64,000 nucleotides of DNA from the human T2T-CHM13v2.0 reference genome, Homo sapiens: NCBI RefSeq assembly GCF_009914755.1, contig NC_060933.1, one strand, 5' to 3'. Below the pieces are notes generated by a model. That model was not told where the DNA came from and did not search any database. It was given only the letters and a program-made list of their open reading frames with translations. The position numbers and the translations under genes were made by a program. This document shows, piece by piece, positions 27,479 to 41,192 of the stretch (position 1 is the stretch's first letter; each line of letters starts with the position of its first letter).

Positions 27479-27565
27479 CTACAGGGCAAAGAAGACAATG
27501 GTGAAGGTCAGGTTGGGCTGTAACCTCTCAAAAACCTATACACCCAACCCACCTTTGTCCCTCAC

Positions 27566-27633
27566 CTGTGTCTTATTGTAGACAGAACCAGTCATATCAG
27601 GTAGACCAGTGGTGCTTGAAGACACTGATACTC
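27566..27633 (-). CDS. UBAP2: UBAP2 exon 27
   Basis: ctcctag|GA...CAG|gtgagg, 68 nt; GVSVSSSTTGLPDMTGSVYNKTQ. Confidence 0.95.
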
Positions 27634-27785
27634 CTAGGAGGAAAAGCAGTTGTTCCCCACAGCAGTTGTTCCCAGCTCCAGGCTCCCCACCTCCAGGATC
27701 ACTCAGGGGTTGCCCTGCCTGAGAGGGGATCAGGCAGGAGCCCACCACTCCAGGCCTTATCCTGGAAAGGAGAGGTAAACACTAC

Positions 27786-27893
27786 CTTTGCCAGGCCCAG
27801 AACCTGCAGACTTGTTTGGTGCCTGCGATGATCCAGCATAGCCACCTTTGGAGTAGTCTCCTGCTGCTGTCCCCTGGGTCAGGTCGTCATAAC
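27786..27893 (-). CDS. UBAP2: UBAP2 exon 26
   Basis: cgctag|GT...AAAG|gtagtg, 108 nt; GYDDLTQGTAAGDYSKGGYAGSSQAPNKSAGSGPGK. Confidence 0.95.
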
Positions 27894-27978
27894 CTAGCGT
27901 GGCAGGGTACAAGAGGCAAGTGTGAGCCAGGCAAGCCTGTCTAACCCCATGTGTCTCTGTCTGGGAAGTACCCCTCAC

Positions 27979-28078
27979 CTGTACTGTAGCCGTGCTGGCC
28001 ATAACCACTGGCCTGCTGGAAGGGAGGTGTGGGAGTGCTGAGGTTCACCCCATGTTGCTTGGCTGAGGCTGGAGGGAC
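27979..28078 (-). CDS. UBAP2: UBAP2 exon 25
   Basis: ccccag|GTC...ACAG|gtgagg, 100 nt; VPPASAKQHGVNLSTPTPPFQQASGYGQHGYST. Confidence 0.93.
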
Positions 28079-28394
28079 CTGGGGGGGCAAGCAGATGAGG
28101 TATTAGTGTAGGAAGAGGCAAGCTGAGGCTGGTCAGGTACCCCTGCCAGAGCCTAAGGCAGCAGGTGACATACCCACAACCACAGGGGACCTGTGTTTTC
28201 ATTAGTGCAACACATGCTGGATCTAAACACAGCAGGGGAAAAGTGACCTTGTCCCCAGCCTGAACAGTTTCTGAAGACCAGGTAAGACGGAGTGGAATCA
28301 CAACCCTCCCTCCCTGCTGGAAGATAGGTCCCAGGTTTCCACCTGCCAGCAACCCAAGGCCAGGAGACACAGTCACACCCTCTGAAATACTCAC

Positions 28395-28600
28395 AAACAT
28401 GGTGGGGCCATACTGGAAGGCACTGGGCATGCCTGTGTAGTAGGGAAGACCAGTGTAGCTATAGCCAGGTGGCAGTGCAGGATTCACGAAGGGCTGCTGG
28501 GCTGTGTGGTGGGTCTGTGATTGGCTCTGCTGTGGCTGAGCTGGTGTGGTAGCGGGTGCAGGGGATGCAGAGTCCCCACGGCCAAACTTTGTGACATCAC
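28395..28600 (-). CDS. UBAP2: UBAP2 exon 24
   Basis: ttcctag|GT...TTT|gtgagt, 206 nt; GDVTKFGRGDSASPAPATT...LPPGYSYTGLPYYTGMPSAFQYGPTMF. Confidence 0.95.
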
Positions 28601-28805
28601 CTAGGAAAGAGCACTGACTCCAGCCACTGCCCTTCCTCCAACCAGAGAAAGGCCACACTGGCTTCTGCAAACAGGAACAGGTCTGGCTGCCAGCTCAGCA
28701 CAGGCTACTAAGAGGCCTCTCTCAGCTTGCTGTTGCTGCTTCCCAGCTCCTGGAGTTCGCGCTAGGCCGGCCCCGGGCTACTCCTCATCCATTGAGCAAA
28801 CTCAC

Positions 28806-28884
28806 CTGGATATGGATTATTAGCTAGGCTCCCATCTCGGCTGGCAAGCGCTGTGGGTGCAGCAAAGGGAATTCCATAGTAGTC
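28806..28884 (-). CDS. UBAP2: UBAP2 exon 23
   Basis: ctcctag|GAC...CCAG|gtgagt, 79 nt; DYYGIPFAAPTALASRDGSLANNPYP. Confidence 0.95.
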
Positions 28885-29415
28885 CTAGGAGAGACCAGGG
28901 AGGCTTGATCAGCGACTGGCCCTGCTTGACTCCCAGGAGAGCAGAACCAGCACATGGAAGTGGTGACGCCACACTCCTGAAACAGACTCCATGCCTGAGA
29001 GCCAGCAGTCCCAGGGAACGCCAAGTAAATGGTGCCCCTCGGAAGAGTGTGCAACTAGGCGGCCTGCCTAACACATAAGCACACAGACCGGCCAACCCTG
29101 CAGCTTCACCAGGCAGAGCTGCTGGAGACCAAGCCTCACACATCCATTTGACACCACAGGCAGGTGCTTGTGTGAATGCCTCGGGCTGAACCAACTTCGC
29201 TGGCTTTTCTGTGTGAGAGACTAGAGCAGCTAGGAAAGCTGACTAAACAGAGCAGACCTGAAAAAGGAGGCAACAGAAGTGCAGGGGCCTGAAAGGTTTA
29301 AGGGGGGACAGGGGGCAGTGCCAGGTAGGCACGGGAATAAGCAGGACCCCAGGTGAAGCCCAGAACTGGCCTGTCACCACCTACACTGCTCTCAAAACAC
29401 TGACATGGCCTAGGA

Positions 29416-29610
29416 CAAGCTTGTCCAACCCACGGCCCATGACAGCTTTGAATGTGGCCCAACACAAATTCGTCTTTCTTAAAACATGAAATTTGTTTGC
29501 AATTTTTTTAAGCTCATCAGCTATCTTTAATGTTAGTGTATTTTATGTGTGGCCCAAGACAATTATTCTTTCAATGTGGCCCAAGGAAGCCAAAACATTG
29601 GACACCCCTG
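29416..29610 (-). mobile_element. MER30-like hAT DNA transposon (MITE)
   Basis: Termini caagcttgtccaa...ttggacacccctg; 8-bp TSD gcctagga/gcccagga (7/8 match). Confidence 0.8.
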
Positions 29611-31216
29611 GCCCAGGACTTGGGGGAAGTATGGCAGATACAACAAAGTGTGGAGACAGAGACGGCAAAGCACAGTGGAGCTTCGTGGAGGAGGGGAGGT
29701 CTGACCTGACCCTCACTCACCATCCAGGGCCTCGCACTCCTGGACACACCTGGCCCCTGAGGAAAGGCAAAGCCCTTGGGCTGTGCCCGATCCCAGAAAG
29801 GAGCCATCCTGGCTGGGAATGGCACTCACACCCTCCAGGAAACCTCCCGGAAACCCATAGCAGCCTAGAACCCCCGGAAGAGGCAGAGCTGGGAACACAC
29901 AGAGCTGCACAACTGAGGACGGGAGCAGAGAAAGCCCAGAAGGGGGAGCACTTTCACAGAACACGAGAATTCTCCAGGCAGGAACTAGGCTCACAAGCAG
30001 CAGAGGTGAACAAACAACCCGAGGGATAGAAAGAGCAACATATCTCAAAAGGTGGGCTCCAGAGGGTGTTTTCTCTAAGGCACAAAGTGATAAAAGCCAA
30101 AAGAGTGCTGTGAATAAGTGTGGAGACCACGGAGAGCCCCTGAAGCAGAATGAATCCCGGGGCTCAGCACCACCTCCTGCAGTTTGGGCCTTTGGCCGGC
30201 AGATTAAAGGGCTGCTGGTTTGCACAGTGGGGAGAAGCCGCTCCGCTCCCAGGCTAGGCCTCTGCTTCTGGAAATACGGCCAGCCAGTGGAAAGGGCTAC
30301 TCTTCTGAAACAAGAGCAGCTCCGTCAGCTCTTTGTGGTGCAGCAGAGAAGGGAGCAACACCCACGGGGAAGAAGGCATCACTGCACAAGGGAGAAAGCC
30401 TCTTCCTCCAGCAACAGGAAAGACTGTATCCAGCAGAGGTGGTGTCCAAACTGCCTGCAACTCTCTGACAAGTGCCCTGGGAAATGGCAGAGCAAGAAGA
30501 CAGTGGCTCCCAGGAGGAAGTCCTGCCCATGGGCAGGGCAAGGAGCGGGCCTATTCCCCTCTGTCCCCACAGTTCTGTTCATGTGGCTATCCCAGGAAAG
30601 GCCCACACTGCATTCTGGCACCAACGGTCAGAAGAAAGAGGCAACCCTGGTCTCAGAGTAAGGCTGCAACCACCAGGGACGTCCCAGGGCAGGCATTCTC
30701 ACAAATCTAGATGGGAGGCCAGACCCAGAAGAGACCTTAAAGACCATCAGCTCAAGCCACTCACTCAGCTGATTGCAGAAGAGCAGTCACTGGCCATCTC
30801 AGACCAAAGACACTATATGGTACTCTGAGGAAGAGGAAGACAGTATAAAACTCCAGGGCCACGTAAGCAACCTCCATGTCTTGTGTCATATGGTTTTTCT
30901 TTTTAAAAAAGAGAGAGAAAACAAGATGGAGGAGGGAAGATAAGGACCAACATTTAACAGGGGACATGGCCTACCAGGGCCCCAGGTCCCAAAGGCCTTC
31001 ATGTTTCCCAGGGATGAGCACTGGATACTCTGTGCTAAAGCTATGGTCACGCCTGGCACAACCGCCAGATGAAAACAGCTTTCTCAGTAGTGGTGCTGAG
31101 AGGTTCCTCAGGCAGAGGATCCTAAGGGCCAGAGAGTGTGGCAGCCAAGACCATAAGAGGGGGGACATGTAAAAGATTCTGAACCCTCTGCTCCGACCAG
31201 TCCATACCCCACTCAC

Positions 31217-31264
31217 CACTGGCAGCCGTGACTGCAGCATCTGGAGCTCGTCATAGCCATAGAT
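31217..31264 (-). CDS. UBAP2: UBAP2 exon 22
   Basis: cacacag|ATC...GTG|gtgagt, 48 nt; IYGYDELQMLQSRLPV (UBAP2/Lingerer-type motif). Confidence 0.95.
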
Positions 31265-31588
31265 CTGTGTGAGAACCAGAAAGTGTATTTTAGGAACCAC
31301 ATACCACACCCTGGGAAGCCCAGGTCCATCTAGGAGTCAAAACAAGGTTGGGGGGCTCTAACACACCCGGGAATGGGATCTGGATTAGCTGTTACGGGAA
31401 CAGATCCTGCCTTCACGGAGTCTAGATGGAAGAAGACCACCAGGGCTCAGTGGGGCAGAGACGGGGGTGCTCAGGGATGGAAGGGCAGCTCAAGGTGGGC
31501 AACCTGGGCCCAACGCCAGGTTCCTGCCAGGTGCCAGCCCCCGAGGCCAGGGGAGCTGGGCAGGCCAGGAGTTCCGCCATACACTCAC

Positions 31589-31680
31589 CGGGTAGGCAGG
31601 AAGCAGTCCTCCGGGACCTACGAGGTACTGGTTGTGCAGCAGGGGAGGCACCCCCTGAGGTAAGTTTGGGGGTGCTTTGC
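31589..31680 (-). CDS. UBAP2: UBAP2 exon 21
   Basis: atacag|GC...CCG|gtgagt, 92 nt; GKAPPNLPQGVPPLLHNQYLVGPGGLLPAYP. Confidence 0.95.
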
Positions 31681-32396
31681 CTGTATAGAGGGAAAAATCA
31701 AATGGAGTGAAATGGTCACCACAAAGAGTGAGAGTCCTCAGCTGCTTCAGGAGGAGGCACAGTCACTGAGCTACCCCAGATGGGTTCAAAGAAGGGCAGT
31801 GGCCGAATGAGGCAGAGGGTCATTCTACAAAGCAGTGAAGGGGAGACAGAAAGCCCGGCCACCACACTGAGGTTGTTTCAACGTCAGAGAGTTCCGGGCC
31901 CAGACAAAAGCAGCCCCTTTCCCCCAGTCCCTAAGGTCCCACTGCACTGAGCAAAGAGAAATATAAAAAGAATCTGCCTCCTCCAAAGAGGGCAAGGAAG
32001 CCATGCAGTGCCAGGAGAGGGACAGGCTGAGTTCGAAGTCGGTTTTAGCAGCGACCATCAAATCATAGTCTGCTGGGCCTACAGACAGCCTAGGTCTGCA
32101 GTCGTGGAGCCCACCATAAGTCATCCCTGGCCCCTCCAAGTCACAATGTCAACTCGGCTCCAGGAAAGAACAAAGAGGAAAGACTGAAAAGCTAGAAGCA
32201 CGCAGAGGCCAGGAATCCTGCAAGGAAGAATTCATCCCCATCAGGGGTGGGGAGATTGGGCCTCAAGGTCAGTGGAACACGCAGCGCACTCGGCGGGCCT
32301 GAGACTCTCCTGACACCTGCACTGCCTTCCTGGGACGCCAAGCAGGCACCTTTGAGGGGCTCAGGGGTGGGCAGGAAAGGCCTCTGGAGCAAATAC

Positions 32397-32592
32397 CTGA
32401 GGTCACCAAGGGCGCGGCCCTGCTACTGCTGCTGGATGCACTCGCGGGGGTCCCACCCAGACAGAGGCTGTTCGCGGTGTTCATGCTACTGGACAGGCTG
32501 ACGCCTGAGGATGCGGAACTTGAGACGGAGGTCGCTGCCGTGGAGAAGGTGGCTGAGGACTGGTGGGAAGAGGCGCTCTCCACACTGGCATG
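32397..32592 (-). CDS. UBAP2: UBAP2 exon 20
   Basis: ttgccag|CAT...TCAG|gtattt, 196 nt; HASVESASSHQSSATFSTAATSVSSSASSG...RAAPLVTS. Confidence 0.93.
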
Positions 32593-34315
32593 CTGGCAAA
32601 AGAAAAGCCAGGACACATGGATCTGGAGGCAGAGGAGGAGGGTGCTGGGGAGAGCCTGGCCTGGCGCTTGGGCCCAAGTCTCAAGGCTGAGCAGGCAGGC
32701 AATGATGTAACCACCCAGGCTCCCTTAAGGTGAGAGGCTCTGTGCTCAGTGCTCACTGCGGCCCCTCACATAGCAGCTGGTTCCAGCCATCAGGATACAA
32801 TACATAAACTGAACATCAAAACTATTAACATTAAGCTTTAATGACCACAACTCTCTGTAAAAATCCTTCAAGTTGCTCATGCTTGGCATCCAAAATGAGG
32901 GCATAGAAATCCCAAGATAACTTCGGATCATAAATGAACACAGACTATCTGAATATGGGACAAGTACCTACCTCAGAGCAAAGCAAACAGTCTGAGAAGA
33001 GGCGAGCACAGGCCACAGGAAGCCCAGCGTAAGTCTCAATCTTTTGGAGATTTCCCTTCTATTGGGATTCTCAGCCACTGTGGTCTGGAAACAGGAGGCT
33101 GAGAGAGGCCTTTGCTCCAAAACCTGGTGACACCTTTCAGTCCACCAATGCCTCACCAGTGCCCACCTAAAAGGGCATGGCCTGCCACTTATGCCTGTTT
33201 GACAAGGTACCCCTGTGAAGAAAGAGTGAACCAGCGGATGCTCCATCAGCCCCGAGTCCCAGAAGCCCTGCCTAGCTGCCCAACCCTAGCAACAGGGTCC
33301 TATGAAGAACTTCAAGCTCCGAGCAGGTAGGTGGGGGGCACACCTAGGTGGACAAGGCAAGTCTCAAAAAAGGGAAGAAAAGCTCTGTAAGAGGGAGACC
33401 AGTCTCCAAACCAGGACATAGAAAGCAGCATATAAACTCGTAGAAGAAAAGCCAAAGAACGGGAAGGGCCCAGGAGAAGGACCCAACCTGCCTGCGCAGA
33501 CTAACTCTCCGCCGCCATCCCATGCCCACAGGTCACTACCCGCCTGGGCACTGGCTTTACAGAGCTAACATCCAGAACAGATTCACCAAGGTAAAGACAG
33601 CCAAAAACATGGTTTCCTGGGGCTCCAAGGCGTCTTGTTCCTTCAGCACAGATGGGCAGGACCAGGCCGGAGAGAGCCCCACCAGGAGCGGGCCAAAGGA
33701 TGCACTGGCCTGCCCACCAACTAGGTTCTCACTAAGGAGGCAGACTCCCCACCAACTGCCACAGAAATCTGGAGCAGCTCTGACCAGTGCTCGCAAGTGT
33801 ACTTGGATATATACAACCTTTTAATCTCGGAAGGAAAAATGAACATTCTCCATCGCTAAGAGATGCTCACTAGGGAACTAGGTCCTGACTTGCTGAAAGG
33901 GACTCAAGAGTCATCTGGCAAGTCTCTTCTCCCTTAGCTGCCTGACAGGGTTCCTGTCTCTGGCCCTCATCTTCCAGAACTGGGAGTACATCAACCTGCT
34001 GAATTAAAAAGTCAACACTAATTTTCAAGGCTTCGCTCAGTCCATCCAATGGGCCCTATGCAGTCAACTCCCCAGGACAGGCCCAGAGAAGTAAAGGCAG
34101 GAGAAGATGCTAAGATTTCCTTTATGTATTGATGGAGAGTGGTAAAGATATAACTACAAGAAAATGGAAGAAAATACACAGATCTATGTAAAAAAAAATC
34201 ATAAACAGCAAACTTAGGGAAAAATACCTGTACTTCCCATCACCAAGGGCTCCCTAATATAGAAATAGAGACCAAAGACCTGACAAAAAAAGGAACCAAG
34301 AATATAAATAGCTCA

Positions 34316-35569
<1,254 letters not shown>

Positions 35570-35683
35570 TTATTTATTAAAAGGATGGAGAAAATGTAAG
35601 GGTAGAGCCAAGTAGATGAGAGACAGAAAAACTTTTCATTGTCTATCTTTCCATAACTTTTCAGATGAAATATTATGAACAAA

Positions 35684-35911
35684 CAGTTGACCCCTGAACA
35701 ACACAGGCTTGAAATGCATGGGTCCACTTACAGGCAGATTTCTTTTTCAACCCAATGCACGCATACATAATTTGAAAACACCCATATTTGGAAGGCTGAC
35801 TTTTCCTATAGGTGGGTTCCACAGGGGCAACTGTGGGACTTGAGAATGTGCAGATTTTGGTGTATGCAGTGGTCCTGGAATGAATCCCCTGCATATATGG
35901 AGGGACAACTG
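35684..35911. mobile_element. TcMar-Tigger family MITE (MER2/MER8-like)
   Basis: Inverted termini cagttgacccct...agggacaactg followed by TA. Confidence 0.65.
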
Positions 35912-37161
35912 TATTAGCAATGTCACAGTTCTGTCATGCTGACAAAGTATGGGACCCACTGGATGAGACGATTCTGGCTGTGGCAGGCTGGAATACATGG
36001 TCTGGAGGTTTTTTTTTGAGGAGATGGAGAGTGCAGCTCCCCATGAGTGCAGGAGCACTGGGCTCCCAGGCAGCAGTGGCACGGACACAGAGGACAGCTC
36101 CACGGCACTCCTGCTGAGGTCAGCTCACCACTCCCATGAGCCACAGAGGGCAGGGGCAGAGGGACAGGCAGAGGTGTCCACACTATGCTCTCCTTTGAAA
36201 GTGGCAGTTTGTGTGTTTTATGATAAAAGATTCTGTGTAAGGTTTGACTTGGAACACTAGAGTATGAAAGCCACAGCATTAGCCAGATCCAGAGGAAAGG
36301 ACAGGATGTCCCTTTTCCACCACCTCACTCTGCTGGTGAGCTGCTGTCTTCTTCAGAGGACACCAAGTTCATCAGTTTCCTGCCTCCTCCATTCGTCTGC
36401 ACCCTAATCCTTCCTCCCAGCCTGTGGACCTGCCTACTCCAACCTCGCCCAACACCTCCTGTTGTCCAGGAGCATGCACTTTTTGTTAATCCAGGCACCT
36501 TTCTATCCTCCCAATAGAGGCTCCAGCCTCTCTTAAGTTTTCATTGCATGCCCTCTACAATCCTCCTCCCTCCTCTCCATCTCACTACCATTCACTCCGC
36601 AACCCACCACAATCTGGCTGACTCCTACCACTGAAAGCCATGCTCACGGCTCCACGACCCACTGAGCCACACCTCAATAACCATAATCTAGGGCTACTCT
36701 TTGGCATATGAGGAAAATTAAAGCTGGCGCGCCGACTCCAGCCCTCCTGCCTGGCTTCTCGGCAGTGCATGTTTGCTTCCACTCCTGCCCTCCACCATCT
36801 AGACTCCCTTCTCCAACATTGACCTTCTTGCAATCTCTGCGTCTGAGTCAGGAAAGAAGGCACGAGGAAAGATCAAACAGCAAATTCCTGGGAGCAAGGT
36901 CACCACCTGACACTCCTGCCAATGACAGATAAGGTCTGGAGCAATGATTCTTCCCAGGCGCTACAAACTTAGAAAGCAAGATGTCCCCAGATGGTGCCCA
37001 GGAAATCAGAAGCTCGAACCAGATCATGCCATCAAGACATTTCAGCCAAGCAACTCTAGATTATCAGACACTAAAAATCAGACTGAAGCCCCAGCTGCAT
37101 GTGACTAAGCTCCAGGCTCCCCAAGCATGGCGGAGGAAGAGGAAGCCGCGCAGACACTTAC

Positions 37162-37228
37162 TGTGTGTGACGTGCTCGAGGAGAGGGCTGCATGTGCAGA
37201 GAGGCTGCTCTGGTGGCTGGAGAGCGAA
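37162..37228 (-). CDS. UBAP2: UBAP2 exon 19
   Basis: cttctag|T...ACA|gtaagt, 67 nt; SLSSHQSSLSAHAALSSSTSHT. Confidence 0.92.
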
Positions 37229-38089
37229 CTAGAAGACAAAACAGAGCGCCGTATGTCCACCTGAACAAGTGACTCCAGATGAACAAGACGCACGTGGGTC
37301 AGTGAGCTAGATTCAAACTTATCATAGTCCCTAGCACAGGACCGGCTTCAGACCCATCCTCATTCCTTATCCCCACAGAGCCCAGTGATGGGGTCCTGGT
37401 GGACGGGAATGACTCGCCATGAGGTCTGGAAAACTCCAGAGCCAGCTTCCCTCAACGACATCCATTTGCTCCTCAGATGCGAAAAGTGAAGACAGAGTTG
37501 CACTAAGAACACGGTCATCCTTGACAATCCCATTCAATCTGTGAACGAGGGATCAAAGTTCCTATGCTCAACTCCACATGCCAATTCCCATCAAATCCAC
37601 TTTTGCTCCTAGCTAAAGAGTGATGGAGAACACTCCTCAGAAGACACAGGTAGCAACGCCACCCATTTTCCTACACCTTGTTCTAATAACATCGTTTCTT
37701 CAGCCATGGAAAGTTCAAGTCAGACACCTGCTCAGAAATCCATCATTCTCATTCCACCTCAGTGACATGGGCCCAGCGATGCCCAGAGAGGCTAGGCTCA
37801 GGCACCCTCTGGAGGGTGAAGACAGGTAGGAGGGAGCTGCTGGCCTCACCCTACTCCCAGGGGACCCAGTGCTCTGTGCCAGCAGAGGCGGTACAAGCAG
37901 GCAAGGTTTCCATATCTGGTGGTTTTAAGGAACAACCTGGCCAAAACCTAAGCTACAGTCGTAATGCAAAAGCCCAGGACATCACGTCAGAGACAACAAG
38001 TGTGCTCTGTTCATGAAAGCAACCTTCTACAGGAGCTCCAGGACTTGCCCCAAGGTACTTCTCACTTTGGGCCCACACCTTCCCCATAC

Positions 38090-38228
38090 CTGCTAAGCTG
38101 AGAGAGAGGGCTGCTAGTCAGGTCGCCAGTGTGCTGGGATGTGGACGGCAGAAGTGCAGTGCAGGAGGTGGTGCTGGGCAGGGAGCTCACAGACGGGAGG
38201 GCAGAGGGAGGGCCTGTTGTCTTTGGAG
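38090..38228 (-). CDS. UBAP2: UBAP2 exon 18
   Basis: gttccag|CT...GCAG|gtatgg, 139 nt; TPKTTGPPSALPSVSSLPSTTSCTALLPSTSQHTGDLTSSPLSQLS. An alternative acceptor lies 18 nt upstream. Confidence 0.9.
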
Positions 38229-38896
38229 CTGGAACAGATGAAGTAGCTGTAAGAAGCAGATCTGTTTATTTCTAAAACCAATCCTAAGTGCCTGAAAATA
38301 TGCTCAATATCTTGTGACATGTCAGCCTCAGTTGAGACGTCCATAAAGTTACATTCCCCAGGAAAATGCCAAGCATATCGCCAGATAGCCCTTTGTCTGT
38401 CAAACAACACTATCAAAGGACACCACACCATGGTCAGCTGTTCAAGATGCAGCAAAGAATAGGAAATGACACCTTTATAACCCAACCTATCCTATATGGG
38501 GACATACTTTTCACACCTAAAGGAACCTAAGCTGTAGATGCATCCAGAAAGAAAAACAGGTGCTGAGCCTAATATGTAGAATTATAACGTGAGGCAAACT
38601 CCTCAAAGGGCACAGCAAGGGGGAGTAAGAAGCTAACAGGCAAGACCACCTACACGTGCTTCCGCCAAGTCAGGCTGACTCTACCAATGCTCACGGCCAA
38701 CGTAAGGCAGATTGGGGTTGATGCCTATGTTGTGGAGAGACACAGACACCTAACATCTGCAGTCCAACTGTCCAACACCTACTTCCAAATGCACAGTGAG
38801 CATTTCCTTGGTATGTGCTTGAATAGATGTATCTCAGAGCACATAAATGAGCTTCGTAGGCTTCAGAAAGGATGTGGAGACACTCAGTCCTAGCTG

Positions 38897-38975
38897 TGGA
38901 AAGACTCAGTCTCAGTGCTGTCCACACATACAACTCAGATATGTGCTTGGAAATAAAACATCATTGTCTTTTCCA
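38897..38975 (-). ncRNA. SNORD121B: C/D box snoRNA SNORD121B
   Basis: On -: TGGAAAAGAC-A-ATGATGT (C box)...TTTCCAAGCACATAT-CTGA (D')...CTGA (D)-GTCTTTCCA. Terminal stem present. The guide is complementary to 28S rRNA GUAUGUGCUUGG, and the +5 rule picks the second G. A/B label from recall. Confidence 0.9.
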
Positions 38976-40439
38976 GTTAGGAAAGAGGAGCAACCTTGAC
39001 CCTTCTAAAACCCAGGGAAAGCACTTGAGTCTCTAAAGGAAGGGCAGGTCAAAAACAAACATAAGCAATGAAAGGGTCAACTTACACCTAGGTCAGTTCT
39101 TACAGAGGCCTTCTTTTTATTGGCAGTCTCTTCCATATATAAACCTTGTTCATAGATAAACTGTATAAAGACACCACAGATACACCTCACCTAAAACTAA
39201 GACCCCAAAACATACCGCCCTGGGCCTTGTATTATGATGCTAACAGCTTCACAGGAAGCCTCTCTCAAACAAACAAACAAAATGGGGAGGGAAGGGGAGG
39301 AGGAAGTGAGGGAGAAGAGAGTATGGGAAATGAAAAGTAGGTTAATGTACACTGCTTCCCAGATACTTTAGTTCTCGACCCATGCCTAGACAAAAGAAAC
39401 CTGCCACTACCACTGCTAGAGTCAAAAGTTCCTCTGTCATCCAACAAGCTCAGAACGACCAACGAATCTCCAAACAGCCTTGGCAGCCCAACAATACCAG
39501 CAAATGTCAAACCAAAATCCTGGGGCTCCAAATCTGTCATTACAGTTTCAACTGAGGCTCACCTCGGTCTGCTTAAGTTCAATATCCGCACTCCCAGGAA
39601 ATCCTATTTAAAGAGTCTTTCTGGCTTCCCCACCCATTTGCCTTCCTGAATAAAGAAAGAAAACTACTATAAACCATCAGTCAAGCTGGCCAACTACAGA
39701 AAAGAAGCAATTAACGGATTTACCTGCACTATCTTTGGTAATCACTGAGCTGTTGGAAGTGGCGGGGGGGGGGGGGTCTCATTTTCTCCCAAATGTCCAC
39801 AGTGAACATTTATCTCTCTTTCTAAGCAACAGTCCTTCAGGTCCTAAAGACAATGAGCCTATCTTTCCTGAACAAGAATAGTAAATTTTTGATTTAGAAG
39901 TAGTTTCTTTCTTTTTTTTTTTTCTTTTCAGACGGAGTCTCACTTTGTAGCCCAAGCTGGCTCAAGCGATTCTTGTGCCTCAGCCTCCCAAGTAGCTGGG
40001 ATTACAGGCACGCGCCGCCACCACACCCGGCTAGTTTTTCGTATTTTAGTAGAGACAGAGTTTCACCATGTTGCCCAGGGTGGTCTCAAACTCCTGAGCT
40101 TGGGCAATCTGCCTGCCTTGGCCCCCCAAAGCACTGGGATTATGGGCATCAGCCACCCCGCCTGGCCCAAGCATCTTTAAAATGCATACTGTATGCTGCA
40201 CTTGTGGTGCAGTCTGATTAGGGCAGAAGAATATGAGACCACCACCTCCTTCTTGCTGTGGTTAAGACATTTCTAATAACACCACAGCCAACACCTGGTC
40301 CAAAAACAAAAAAGCAAAAGGGCTGCTTTTTAACGAATAAGCCATTGACCAACTGGTGTTTTCCACATCACGTGAGCTATCCTCTTCCTCTGTTTGGTTG
40401 GCACCAGCCATGACAAGAGTAGCTTGCTGCTATACTTAC

Positions 40440-40479
40440 TGTCTAGTGTCTGCTGACTTCGACCACCACCATGTCCATT
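40440..40479 (-). CDS. UBAP2: UBAP2 exon 17
   Basis: ccttatag|AAT...GACA|gtaagt, 40 nt; NGHGGGRSQQTLD. Needed to keep phase between the flanking exons. Confidence 0.92.
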
Positions 40480-40907
40480 CTATAAGGAAAAGAAGAGAAG
40501 AGAATATAAACTTACAAAATGAAATCATTACCTGAGTGGCTTTTTATACTTTCTACAACATGTAGCTTAATCAAGAAACAATTATCTCTTTTATTCTATT
40601 TTTTAATAAAGGGAAGATAAACAACAAACTCTCATGCAAGAACAAAAATGTTCAAAAAAATTTTTTTTCACATCCCCAGGTTCAGGTGATCCTCCCCCTT
40701 AGCCTGCCTAGGAGCTGGGACTACAGGTGCATCCTACCATGCCTAGCTAATTCTTGTATTTTCTGTAGAGATGGGGTTTTGCCATGTTGACCAGGCTGGT
40801 CTCCAACTCCTGGGCTCAAGCAATCCTCCTGCCTTGGCCTCCAAAAGCACAGGATTACAGGCATGAGCTACCACACCCAGACCCAAATAATTTTTTTTTA
40901 AAGGTAA

Positions 40908-41192
<285 letters not shown>

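Noticed and set aside
27975-28670. 231-aa ORF on the - strand
   Set aside because: UBAP2 exon 24 plus open intronic sequence; explained by the spliced model.
29493-30828. Overlapping 100-180 aa ORFs in UBAP2 intron 22
   Set aside because: GC-rich intron plus MER30; no recognisable protein similarity or consistent exon structure.
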